Assembly: GCA_963745035.1 (NCBI GenBank)
Contig: CAVUVW010000015.1
Span: 160,001 to 224,000 of the forward strand
DNA: 64,000 nt
Direction: 5' to 3'
From: an uncultured delta proteobacterium
GTDB lineage: Bacteria > Desulfobacterota > Binatia > UBA9968
Below, one piece after another: positions 42,953-51,746 of the stretch. The position numbers were made by a program, and so were the translations under genes. A model generated the notes under the pieces. That model worked only from the letters and a program-made list of their open reading frames with translations. It had not been told where the DNA came from and made no database searches. The first letter of the stretch is position 1, and every line of letters begins with the position of its first letter.

Positions 42953-42988
42953 TGCGGTAAATCCTTTCTCATATTTTCTCGCACTGGA

Positions 42989-43018
42989 GAGTATCGACAG
43001 GCGAAGCGGCGTGTCAAG
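42989..43018 (-). promoter_or_regulatory. sigma70-like promoter of the SDR gene
   Basis: TTGACA-N18-TACTCT on the minus strand. Confidence 0.55.
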
Positions 43019-43112
43019 TTGCGGCGCACGATTTCGCATTTACTTGAAATCCAATCCTCCGTTGACATGGCGGCCAGCTTTCGACTATGCGGATCAGAAG
43101 GAGGAAACGATC

Positions 43113-43994
43113 ATGATGACCGATCCGAAGTTTATCGACGTCGCCGGCGTCAAGACCCGTTACTTCGACAAAGGCAGCGGCGAAGTTTTGCTGTTGGTCC
43201 ACGGCAGCCACATGGGCACGCCCGACGCCTGCGAATGCGCGCTCGACTGGGAATTCAATTTCGATGTTTTGGCCGAGCGCTATCGCGTGATTGCGATGGA
43301 CAAGCTCGGCCAGGGGTACACCGGCAATCCAAAATCCGACGCCGACTACACGATGGCCGCGACCGTGAAGCACGCCGCCGGTTTGCTGCAGGCGCTCGGA
43401 CTCAACAACGTCCACGTCATCGGCCATTCCCGCGGCGGCTACGTCGTTGCGCGCATGACTCTGGATCATCCCGAGCTGGTGCGCTCGTGCACGATCATCG
43501 ACAGCGGCACCCTGGCGCCGGGACCGTCGAAGACCGAGTACATCATGGCCAACGCGCCCAAACCGCGCCTGAGCCGCGAAAGCCAGCGCTGGTGCATCGA
43601 GCATTATTCGCATCGCCCCGATCACATCACGAAGGTCTGGATGGATGCCGCGGAGGATATCGGCACGTCCGCCAAGTATCAGGAGACCGTCAGAAAGATG
43701 GAAGACGAAGGGCTCAAGAAAAACCAGTTCTTCCCGCACCTGGCCGTGCACAAGGAAGAGACTCTGAATTGGATCATCCAGGGCAAGCTCACCCAACCGA
43801 CGATGCTCGTCTGGGGTTACAACGATCCGACCGCGCTGCTAAAACGCGGCCACGCGCTCTTTGAGATCATCGCTGACAGCAATCCAAGATCAGAGATGCA
43901 CATCATCAACGAGGCGGGCCACTTCTGCTACCGCGAACAGCCGGAGACTTTCAATAACGTGATCAAAGGCTTCATCGACAAGTGCAGCAAATGA
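43113..43994 (+). CDS. alpha/beta hydrolase (MhpC/BphD-like)
   Basis: LLVHG, DKLGQGYT, nucleophile GHSRGG, WGYND and AGHF; AAGGAGG RBS. Confidence 0.9.
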   Translation: MMTDPKFIDVAGVKTRYFDKGSGEVLLLVHGSHMGTPDACECALDWEFNFDVLAERYRVIAMDKLGQGYTGNPKSDADYTMAATVKHAAGLLQALGLNNVHVIGHSRGGYVVARMTLDHPELVRSCTIIDSGTLAPGPSKTEYIMANAPKPRLSRESQRWCIEHYSHRPDHITKVWMDAAEDIGTSAKYQETVRKMEDEGLKKNQFFPHLAVHKEETLNWIIQGKLTQPTMLVWGYNDPTALLKRGHALFEIIADSNPRSEMHIINEAGHFCYREQPETFNNVIKGFIDKCSK

Positions 43995-44011
43995 GCAGCG
44001 CGGTGGTCGGG

Positions 44012-44075
44012 GTCACTGCTGGACGTTCTAGCGGGAATTTCGCCTGGATTCCCGCCAAAAGCATGCGGGAATGAC
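44012..44075. repeat. REP-like palindrome pair between convergent genes
   Basis: CTGGATTCCCGC-N9-GCGGGAATGAC plus a degenerate inverted partner GTCA...GCGGGAAT. Confidence 0.6.
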
Positions 44076-44155
44076 GACTGATCCGTAGCTCAATAATCGA
44101 CACCGGCGAGCTTTATTGGATGATCTTCGACTACACGGCAACGTACAGGTGCATG

Positions 44156-44710
44156 CTACTCTAGAGCTTCAAGTCTATCAGGCGGCGTGACAGTGTAGAC
44201 GTCAAAAGTATTGAGCGTGCACGCGAGCATGGCGTAGTAGCCGATCGTTGCCGTCAGTTCCACCATTTTCTTTTCACCAAGGCGGCCATAGATTGCTTGG
44301 AACGTCGCTTCGCTCACGCGATGTTTGTGAATCATCTCGCGCACGAAGCTCACGATTTGCGCGTCCTCGGCGGAGAAAGTTTCTACGGCCTTCTTCTCGT
44401 AGACAGCGCGAATCGTCTCCATGGGGACGCCGGCCTTCTGCGCGTGATTCACATGCGCCGCCCATTCGTGTTTGCAGTCGAGCTCCCGAGCGGAAACCAA
44501 CGCGGCGAATTCGATAAGCTTATGATCGAGAGTCGATTCGAAGCGCACGTAGCTGCCGAGATGCATGGTGCGCTGCGCGATTTCCGGGCTGTATAACAGC
44601 GCCCGCCAGGGCCCGCCCACGGCGCCGCGGCTCTGGGCAATAGCGTCGTAAACTTTTTGGTCTTCCGGAGCCAAGTCTTCTTTTTTATCGATGGTCGCGA
44701 TGCGTGCCAT
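44156..44710 (-). CDS. carboxymuconolactone decarboxylase/AhpD-like protein
   Basis: SRG.VGGP, HEWAAH and VELTATIGYY. Confidence 0.88.
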   Translation of the reverse strand: MARIATIDKKEDLAPEDQKVYDAIAQSRGAVGGPWRALLYSPEIAQRTMHLGSYVRFESTLDHKLIEFAALVSARELDCKHEWAAHVNHAQKAGVPMETIRAVYEKKAVETFSAEDAQIVSFVREMIHKHRVSEATFQAIYGRLGEKKMVELTATIGYYAMLACTLNTFDVYTVTPPDRLEALE

Positions 44711-44727
44711 TATTTTCTCATACCCTT

Positions 44728-45856
44728 TCATGCAAGTTTTTCTTGGAGCCAATTTGTCACGATGTCCACTACGTCGTCATTGGACTGGCCTTTTTTGCGG
44801 CCCATGTGTCCGGCGCCGGCGATAATCCTGAGATCCTTTGGGCTGCCGTGCTCGGCGAGCAAATACAGGTCGCTGATCGGATGCTGGTCGTCCTCCTTGC
44901 CGTTGATGCAGAGCAGCGGCGCGCACGGCTGATCGATCAGACCTTGAGTAACTAATGACAACGTCGGCGCGATCTTGAGCGTCTCTTCGAGTGTCTTTAC
45001 ACCGAAGATGTAAGAGCGCGCGTCGAGCAGACTCGCCGGTCCCATCAAGTATTGCGACGCCGTCAAAGTCAGCGCCGGGCGCAGCCACTCTTCTTGAAAC
45101 GTCCGGTGTACACCCGCGCCCCAGTTGACCGCGCCGCGCAGCCGCTTCGGCTCGGTATGAGCGAGCTTCGCCGCCCAATAGCCGCCGAAGCTCCCGCCCA
45201 TGCAGGCGATCCGCTTGCCGTCGATATCGCTGCGTGTTGCGAGATAGTCCATTGCCGCGGAAAAAGTGCGCTCCGCGCGCAGATCGCTCCCTACACATGG
45301 ATTTTCACCAGCGCCGGGCATGTCGATGGTGAAACAAGCGATACCCTTACCGAGCAGCACGTCGCTGTTCGTCCGGCGATCCTCTTTCCAGCCGTCGACG
45401 CCGCCCCAGTGCATGACCACCGGCGGGCGGCTCGCTCCCTTCGGAATTTGCAAATAACCGACAACTTTCTTTCCTTCGAACGGTATCTCGATACGCTCGA
45501 GCGGCGGCTCCATATAAGGAGCTGCTTTGAGAAAGGTGCGCAGCGCGCCCTTGTAGCAATTTATCTTTTCCGGGCTGCTCGGCACCGGATAGCGGCCGAT
45601 GCGATAATACTCGTACGCGAGATAATAATTCTCGCCGGCGTCTTGCTTCTTTCCTTGTTTTTCCTGCTCCTCGGCCAAAGCTTCATATTTGACGCCGATC
45701 TTGCCCCATTCTTTTCCCCATAGGTCGGCGTCAAGACTCGTCAGATTATTGATAACGAGATCCACATCATCCTTTTTCAGTCGCTCAAAAGGATTGACGC
45801 GGCCGGCTCCGTTGTAAGATATCCGTCTTGATTTCTTCAAGAGATTTTTCCGCCAT
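44728..45856 (-). CDS. FrsA/DUF1100-like alpha/beta hydrolase, paralogue of 40989 (+1 frameshift near 45808)
   Basis: True start MAEKSLEEIK at 45856 after AGGAG; GRYP, GGVDGWK, DMPGAGE, GGSFGGY, NGKED and GHMG. Confidence 0.88.
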
Positions 45857-45867
45857 AAGCTGCTCTC

Positions 45868-45930
45868 CTGTCCGAGCACAAAGAAACCCTACAAGGAAGG
45901 GAAAGATTTCTCCCTGCGGTCGAAATGACA
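45868..45930. repeat. degenerate REP-like element
   Basis: AGATTTCTCCCTGCGGTCGAAATGACA with an eroded partner TGTCCGAGCAC...AGAAACCCT. Confidence 0.4.
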
Positions 45931-46000
45931 ACGCGCATTTTGCGCGAACTTCTTGTGCTTGCTTCTATTTTTGTGCGCGCTCTTTGCGGCTTAATTTTTC

Positions 46001-46981
46001 CTACAATTTCGCCCCGGGTTCATTGGCCAAGGCTTTTAGCCCGGACTTGTAAAATCTATCGTCGATGAACTGCTCGGGTTTGAAATTCGGCTTTTCCTTG
46101 AGCAGCACGAACTCAAGCTCGGCACGCTTGTAGAGTCCTTCGGGACTCAGTGCCGGCATATAGGCATCGCGCATGAGATCGTAAAGCGACGCCGCCACCT
46201 CCCGCTCATCCAATCTGCCGTTCTTCATGATGATGTCGATGCTCCCTTCGCGATTGGCGCGAATCCAGTAAAGCGCCTTCATGACCGCCTTCACCATTCT
46301 CTCGGTCATGTCCGGCTCGGCCTGAACATGCTTGGCCATGGACTGAAGTGCGCTGAACGGCACGTTCTTGAATTCGTCGCCGAGATAGACGAGCCGTTTC
46401 ATGCCGGCCTTGAGCAGCGGCCGATCGGTGGGCGGCGCCATCAGCGCCGCCGCCGCCCGTCCTTGCATCAGCGCAATCGCCTTGCCTTCGTTGTCGGGGA
46501 TGTTGAGGTACTCGGCGAACTTGTCATTGAAGCCGTGCTTTACGAACAGCGCCTGCAAAACGCTGTAGGTCGAGCCGCCAAAAGTCACGGCGATCTTCGT
46601 GCCTTTCAAATCGTCCAGCCGCTTGATCTCTGGACGCGTGATTAAACCGAACGGTATTTGATTGAAGATCTGCAACAGCACGCGGATCTGCTCGCCGCGA
46701 AACATAGCTTGCATGGAGGGACCAAAGGCGGAGGAATAATGCACGCTGCCCGACATGAGCGCCTGCACGTTCATCGCGTTGCCGCGCAGGACGACAATGT
46801 TGACGTTGGTGAGCCCCATCTCGTCGTAGAATTTTTTCTCCTTGGCAACAACGTAGGCAAGATGCTGGACATTGCCTGGTCCCGGCAGCGAAATATAGAT
46901 CGGTTTGCTGATTTGCGCGCTCAGCGGAACCGGCGCGAGGAAGGCCGCCATTATGAAAACGATCATTTTCAATCGTTTCAT
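46001..46981 (-). CDS. ABC substrate-binding protein (NMT1/SsuA-like)
   Basis: Signal peptide, VAKEKKFY, DLKG.KIAV and FID.RF; no partner permease nearby. Confidence 0.85.
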   Translation of the reverse strand: MKRLKMIVFIMAAFLAPVPLSAQISKPIYISLPGPGNVQHLAYVVAKEKKFYDEMGLTNVNIVVLRGNAMNVQALMSGSVHYSSAFGPSMQAMFRGEQIRVLLQIFNQIPFGLITRPEIKRLDDLKGTKIAVTFGGSTYSVLQALFVKHGFNDKFAEYLNIPDNEGKAIALMQGRAAAALMAPPTDRPLLKAGMKRLVYLGDEFKNVPFSALQSMAKHVQAEPDMTERMVKAVMKALYWIRANREGSIDIIMKNGRLDEREVAASLYDLMRDAYMPALSPEGLYKRAELEFVLLKEKPNFKPEQFIDDRFYKSGLKALANEPGAKL

Positions 46982-47038
46982 AGAATTTCTCCTATCGGGA
47001 TTTGGCGAACTTCGATCGGCTTAACAGAAACGGATTAG

Positions 47039-48118
47039 CTAGCGCAAGCCCCGCAGGCGCGGATCGAGCACTTCGCGTAAGCCTTCGCCGACGAGGTAAT
47101 AGGCGAGCACCGTGATGAAGATCGCGAAGCCGGGAAACACGGCGAGCCACCAGGCAAAAGTCGCTCCACTAGCCTCGTTCAAGATCGAGCCCCAGGTGAC
47201 CAATTGCGCGGGAACTCCGATGCCAAGAAAGCTCAAGCTCGACTCGACGAGAATTGCCCCGGCAATTCCGAGAACCACCGAAACGATGACGGGCGCCAGG
47301 GCATTGGGCAGAATATGTTGAAACATGATCTTTCGGCTTGATACTCCAATCGAGATCGCGGCCGTGACATAGTCGAGATTGCGAATTCTCAAAAACTCGC
47401 TACGGGTAAAGCGTGCGATCCCCACCCAACTTGTCAATCCGATAATGATCATCGTCATAAAGATACTCGGCCGAAATATCGCCGCCACGGTGATCAACAG
47501 AAAAAAGGTCGGGATGGACAGCATGATCTCAAACAGCCGTGAAATCGCCATGTCGAGCCAGGAGCCAAAATAACCGGCTATGGCGCCGAGAATAACGCCG
47601 ATCACGAGCGCAATGCCGACCGCGACGAAGCCGATCGAGAGTGAGATTCTGGAGCCATGGATCATGCCTGCCATCACATCCCGACCGAGCTTATCCGTTC
47701 CCAACCAGTGTTTCGTCGAGGGGGGCTCCAGCGGCGCAAACAAATCCACACTGCTCTGCCGGTAAGGAACCGGCGGGAAAACGGCGGTCGCCCCCTCAAG
47801 TTTCTTGTAATCGACATTCAGCAGTTCGGCCGGCCACGAGCTAAAGCCGCTCTCGATGAGATAACCGCGCAGAATTGGAAAATGGATGTTTCCCCTATAC
47901 GAGAGATACAAAGGTTTATCATTGGCGAGAAAATCGGCAAACAGGGCAGTAAAAAGCAAAAGCAAGACGACATAGTATCCCGCCAAGGCGATCCGGTTAA
48001 GACGAAACTGCTTCCACACACCCGCCCAAAAGCCATCGCTGCCGCCGGCGCGAGGCCCGGCCCGAACATGGGAAGTCGCGGCTGAACCCGATGATAAATC
48101 GGTTGGGCGATCGTTCAT
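47039..48118 (-). CDS. oppC: oligopeptide ABC permease (OppC)
   Basis: HWLGTDKLGRD, G.RISL, HILPNA, SLSFLG.G and LDPR. Confidence 0.93.
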   Translation of the reverse strand: MNDRPTDLSSGSAATSHVRAGPRAGGSDGFWAGVWKQFRLNRIALAGYYVVLLLLFTALFADFLANDKPLYLSYRGNIHFPILRGYLIESGFSSWPAELLNVDYKKLEGATAVFPPVPYRQSSVDLFAPLEPPSTKHWLGTDKLGRDVMAGMIHGSRISLSIGFVAVGIALVIGVILGAIAGYFGSWLDMAISRLFEIMLSIPTFFLLITVAAIFRPSIFMTMIIIGLTSWVGIARFTRSEFLRIRNLDYVTAAISIGVSSRKIMFQHILPNALAPVIVSVVLGIAGAILVESSLSFLGIGVPAQLVTWGSILNEASGATFAWWLAVFPGFAIFITVLAYYLVGEGLREVLDPRLRGLR

Positions 48119-49146
48119 GACTGCCTTCGTCCAAATGCAATGCGCGGGTCGACGACTGACAAAAGCAGATCCGAGATGAGGATACCTATCAAAGTCAAGA
48201 CGGCGCTCACACTGTAAAGCGCCATCACCGTCGGGTAATCCCGGGCACGCACCGATTCGTACCCGAGCTGTCCCATTCCCGGAATGGAGAAAATCGTTTC
48301 GATGATAACACTGCCGCCAATGAGCGCGGGCAAAAGCGCCGCCAGCATAGTGACGACCGGGATGAGCGAGTTGCGCATGACGTGCTTCAAGATGACGATT
48401 CGCTCAGCGAGCCCCTTTGCTCGAGCCGCTTGTACATAATCTTGGCCCAGCACTTCCAGCATGCTCGCGCGCATATAGCGCGACAATCCGGCGAAGCCTC
48501 CGTAGGACAACAGCACCACCGGTAGGAACAAATGCCAGGCTTGATCTCGGAACTTTTTCCACCACGGCCAGCTGGGGTCATAATCGATCGAAGTCAACCC
48601 ACCCGGCGGGAAAAGATAGAAAAAATCACCGCCACAGATAAACACCAAAGCCATGGTCGCTGCCCATACCGTGGGAACGGCGAAAAGGACAAACGCCGCC
48701 ACCGTCGTAAACTGATCACCGAAGGTGTTTCGACGGGTCGCCGAGTACACACCCAAAGGAATCGCCACGATGTAAACGACCAGAAGCGACCATACGTTGA
48801 GGTTCACCGTGACCGGCACCCGGTCCGCAATCTTGCCCCAGACCGGTTGGTTGTCTTTAAACGATTCGCCGAAATCGAGCGTGAAGATATTCTTCAGCCA
48901 GAGACCGTATTGAACGTGCAGCGGTTGATCCAGTCCGTACTGTTTGCGCCATTGCGCAATTGCGACGTCGACCGAGGCTTGTTTGTCCAGGGATATGCCC
49001 GCGCCGCCGGCGCCGCCTAGCCCCCCCGCAGCCCTTAATTCGGCAGGATCCCCGGGAGCGAGCCGCATGATGAGAAAGCCGATCAAAGTAATCCCGATAA
49101 ACGTCGGGATCATCAGCAGGAGACGTTGCAAAGCGTAAGATGACAT
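48115..49146 (-). CDS. oppB: oligopeptide ABC permease (OppB)
   Basis: LAPGDP, YGLDQP, ARAKGL, H..RNSLIP and VDPRI. Confidence 0.93.
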   Translation of the reverse strand: MSSYALQRLLLMIPTFIGITLIGFLIMRLAPGDPAELRAAGGLGGAGGAGISLDKQASVDVAIAQWRKQYGLDQPLHVQYGLWLKNIFTLDFGESFKDNQPVWGKIADRVPVTVNLNVWSLLVVYIVAIPLGVYSATRRNTFGDQFTTVAAFVLFAVPTVWAATMALVFICGGDFFYLFPPGGLTSIDYDPSWPWWKKFRDQAWHLFLPVVLLSYGGFAGLSRYMRASMLEVLGQDYVQAARAKGLAERIVILKHVMRNSLIPVVTMLAALLPALIGGSVIIETIFSIPGMGQLGYESVRARDYPTVMALYSVSAVLTLIGILISDLLLSVVDPRIAFGRRQS

Positions 49147-49155
49147 GAAGTCGGA

Positions 49156-50922
49156 TCACCGTCCCGCCAGTTGCTCGCCGTATCTGTGCGCCGCCTTCGG
49201 CACCCACCAGTCGATGGGACGAACACCGCCTGGAAATACTTCGATGCCGCGGATACGGCGCTGCGCTGCAATGACAGACTTGCCCACGAACAAGAATGTG
49301 TAGGGCTGCTCGTCGCTCAAGATTCTCTGAAATTCGCGATAGAGTTCGATTCTCTTATCGGGATCAAATTCTCTCCGATACCGCTCGAGGATTTCATCGA
49401 CCCGCGCATTTTTATAGCTGATGTGGTTGGATCCTTGGTTTGCAGCTTGCGATGAGTGCCAGACTTGATAGGCGTCTGGCTCGCTCACCGACATGGCCCA
49501 GCCCAGAATGATGGCATCGAACTTTCGAGCTTTGACATCGCTCAAAAAAATCGTCCAGTCGATTTCCCGCACACTCACGTCGATGCCGTGTTTTCGCAGC
49601 TCATCCTGCAAGACGAGCGCGACGCTTTTGCGCGTAGTGTTGCCGGAGTTGATCTTGAGCTCGAAACGAAAAGGAGTCTTCTCGCCATCGATCACTTTGT
49701 CGAGGATGCCATCGCCGTCGGTATCGCTCCAGCCCGCTTGCTTTAATAATTCTAGGCCCTTTTTTGGGTCGAACGAATGGCGGGGCAGGGTTTTGTCGTA
49801 CTCGGGACGAAAAAAATAGATCGGCCCTTCCACGACTTCGCCCAGGCCGAAGAGAACCGCCTTGATCATTTGTTCGCGGTTGGTGAATAGAGTCATCGCC
49901 TTGCGCGTGATTTTGTCGCGAAAAATTCGATGATTGTTATTCCATCCGATGTAAGAATAGTTCGGCGCGAAGTATTCATACTTTTGAAAGTCGCGTTTGA
50001 ATCTGTCGCTGCTGGTTCCCCGTACATGCTGTATCGGAGTAAGACTCATCTCGTCCAGGCCGCCGCTCTTCAGCGTTACCAAAGCAGCGTCCATATTATT
50101 GATGATCCGGTAGCGGTGGCGGTCAATGTACGGTTGATCGACCCCTTCTTTGCCGTAGCCCCAATAATTCTCATTCCGTAGGAGTTCAATTTCCCGGCCG
50201 GTTTTCCAGGAAGAAAATTTGTATGGGCCGCTGCCCATGGGATTCCGAGCGTAGTTCTTATTGAATTGATCGGCGAATTTTTTCGCTTGAGGGGACAACC
50301 GCTCAATCGGGCCGCCCAGATCAGCGACGCTCACGTCTTTCAGAAGATTCTCCGGATCGTAATAATGGCGCGGCAAGACATCGATGCCGCCGAGCACGCT
50401 CTCATTGAGAAAATACGGCTCTTTGATCTTGAATTGGATGGTGAAATCGTCGAGCAAGCGCGCGTCGATCACCGAATTGAAATAAACGCGCAGAAACGGC
50501 GCGTTCACCAGCGGATGCTTGATCGCCTTGATACTGAACAGAACGTCGGCGCCCGTCAGAGGCCGGCCGTCCTGAAAGTATGCGTCGCGCCGGATCGAAA
50601 ACGTGTAAGTCAACTTGTCTTGCGAGATCGTCGGGCGAGCGCCGGCGATCAGCGGTTGCAGCTCCAAGGTTTGCGGATCGCGGGTGAGGAGGCTCTGGAA
50701 AATGTATTGGAGCAAGGAGCTTGCGGCTGCATCGTTGCTGGTTAATGGATTGAGCTGCTCGGGATCGCTCAGGCTGTGGATGAGCAGCCAGTCACCCGTT
50801 GCCGGTTTGCCTGTATCTTTTAGGCCCGGCGGCGGAGCTTCGCTGACCTTGACCTCGGTCTTATCGCCGCAGCCGAGCAACAGCAGCAGCGCCAGTGCCC
50901 ACGGGCCCAAACGCGTTCGCAT
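49156..50922 (-). CDS. oppA: peptide ABC substrate-binding lipoprotein (family 5)
   Basis: LLGC lipobox, LNPL, FQDG.PLT..DV.FS, PMGSGPYKF and N.ISY.N. Confidence 0.92.
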   Translation of the reverse strand: MRTRLGPWALALLLLLGCGDKTEVKVSEAPPPGLKDTGKPATGDWLLIHSLSDPEQLNPLTSNDAAASSLLQYIFQSLLTRDPQTLELQPLIAGARPTISQDKLTYTFSIRRDAYFQDGRPLTGADVLFSIKAIKHPLVNAPFLRVYFNSVIDARLLDDFTIQFKIKEPYFLNESVLGGIDVLPRHYYDPENLLKDVSVADLGGPIERLSPQAKKFADQFNKNYARNPMGSGPYKFSSWKTGREIELLRNENYWGYGKEGVDQPYIDRHRYRIINNMDAALVTLKSGGLDEMSLTPIQHVRGTSSDRFKRDFQKYEYFAPNYSYIGWNNNHRIFRDKITRKAMTLFTNREQMIKAVLFGLGEVVEGPIYFFRPEYDKTLPRHSFDPKKGLELLKQAGWSDTDGDGILDKVIDGEKTPFRFELKINSGNTTRKSVALVLQDELRKHGIDVSVREIDWTIFLSDVKARKFDAIILGWAMSVSEPDAYQVWHSSQAANQGSNHISYKNARVDEILERYRREFDPDKRIELYREFQRILSDEQPYTFLFVGKSVIAAQRRIRGIEVFPGGVRPIDWWVPKAAHRYGEQLAGR

Positions 50923-50924
50923 GA

Positions 50925-51746
50925 CTAGTCACCTACGGCTTCGATCGGCACTTCTTTGACGTGCGCGGGAATTTGCTGGGTGAATTGCTCGGGCGGAATC
51001 GTGCCGTTGAATTCAGGCTCTTTATAGCGAATCACGAGTTTTTTTTTCTGCAACGGCGCTTCCGTGATGAGCGCAAGCGGAAATAATCCAGCGGGAGTGG
51101 AAGCGTAGTCGTTGAACTGCGCGCTCAACTCGACCTTACCCTCAGCATTAAACCGTTCCCATTTCGTCGGCACGGGTTGGGGCGATTCGAACGTCACCAC
51201 GTCGCGCTTGCCGCTCTTGGGCGAAAAAATCAGCGTGTTTTCTTCCTGCTTCCACGGCGCGCCGGCGTCCACCGGCGGCAGGCCCATCAGCAGCATGGTG
51301 ATTTCCTGGAGCTCCAGCGGAAGCTGCGTGTAACGTCGCAAATGCTCCGGGGTGGGCCGGCCGCGGACGAAAACGCCTTCGCGCGGGTGATAGCCGAGGA
51401 TCTCTTTATCGTTGGCCGTGAAGATGAGAATGGCGCCGAGAAACGTCAGGGTATCCAAGCGCAGGCGGTTCGGGCGCTGCACGATGACGGCTTCTTGAAA
51501 ACCGTGCTTGCCTTCGGGGCCGGCGTAATCGACCTGGGCGAGAGCACGCAGGGTACGAAACTGCTCGTTGCGCTGCTTGAGCGACTCGATCAGCTTGCTC
51601 GACTCCCACTGGGGCACCGGCGGTTTGGGCGCGGACGGCGGCTTTACCGTCGCGCAGCCGCCGAGTCCGATCAGAAGCGCCGTCAATGTCAGGAGAGCAA
51701 ACAGACGAAACCGGATAACCGGGGAACGGCGGGAGGATCGTGTCAA
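50925..51746 (-). CDS. LolB-like/DUF4292 lipoprotein
   Basis: LGGC lipobox, RPNRLRLD and a beta-rich LolA/B-type pattern; follows the TPR gene. Confidence 0.7.
   Translation of the reverse strand: MTRSSRRSPVIRFRLFALLTLTALLIGLGGCATVKPPSAPKPPVPQWESSKLIESLKQRNEQFRTLRALAQVDYAGPEGKHGFQEAVIVQRPNRLRLDTLTFLGAILIFTANDKEILGYHPREGVFVRGRPTPEHLRRYTQLPLELQEITMLLMGLPPVDAGAPWKQEENTLIFSPKSGKRDVVTFESPQPVPTKWERFNAEGKVELSAQFNDYASTPAGLFPLALITEAPLQKKKLVIRYKEPEFNGTIPPEQFTQQIPAHVKEVPIEAVGD

Noticed and set aside
42675-43112. N-terminal extension of the 439-aa ORF
   Set aside because: It overlaps the SDR gene in antisense; the strong RBS places the start at 43113.
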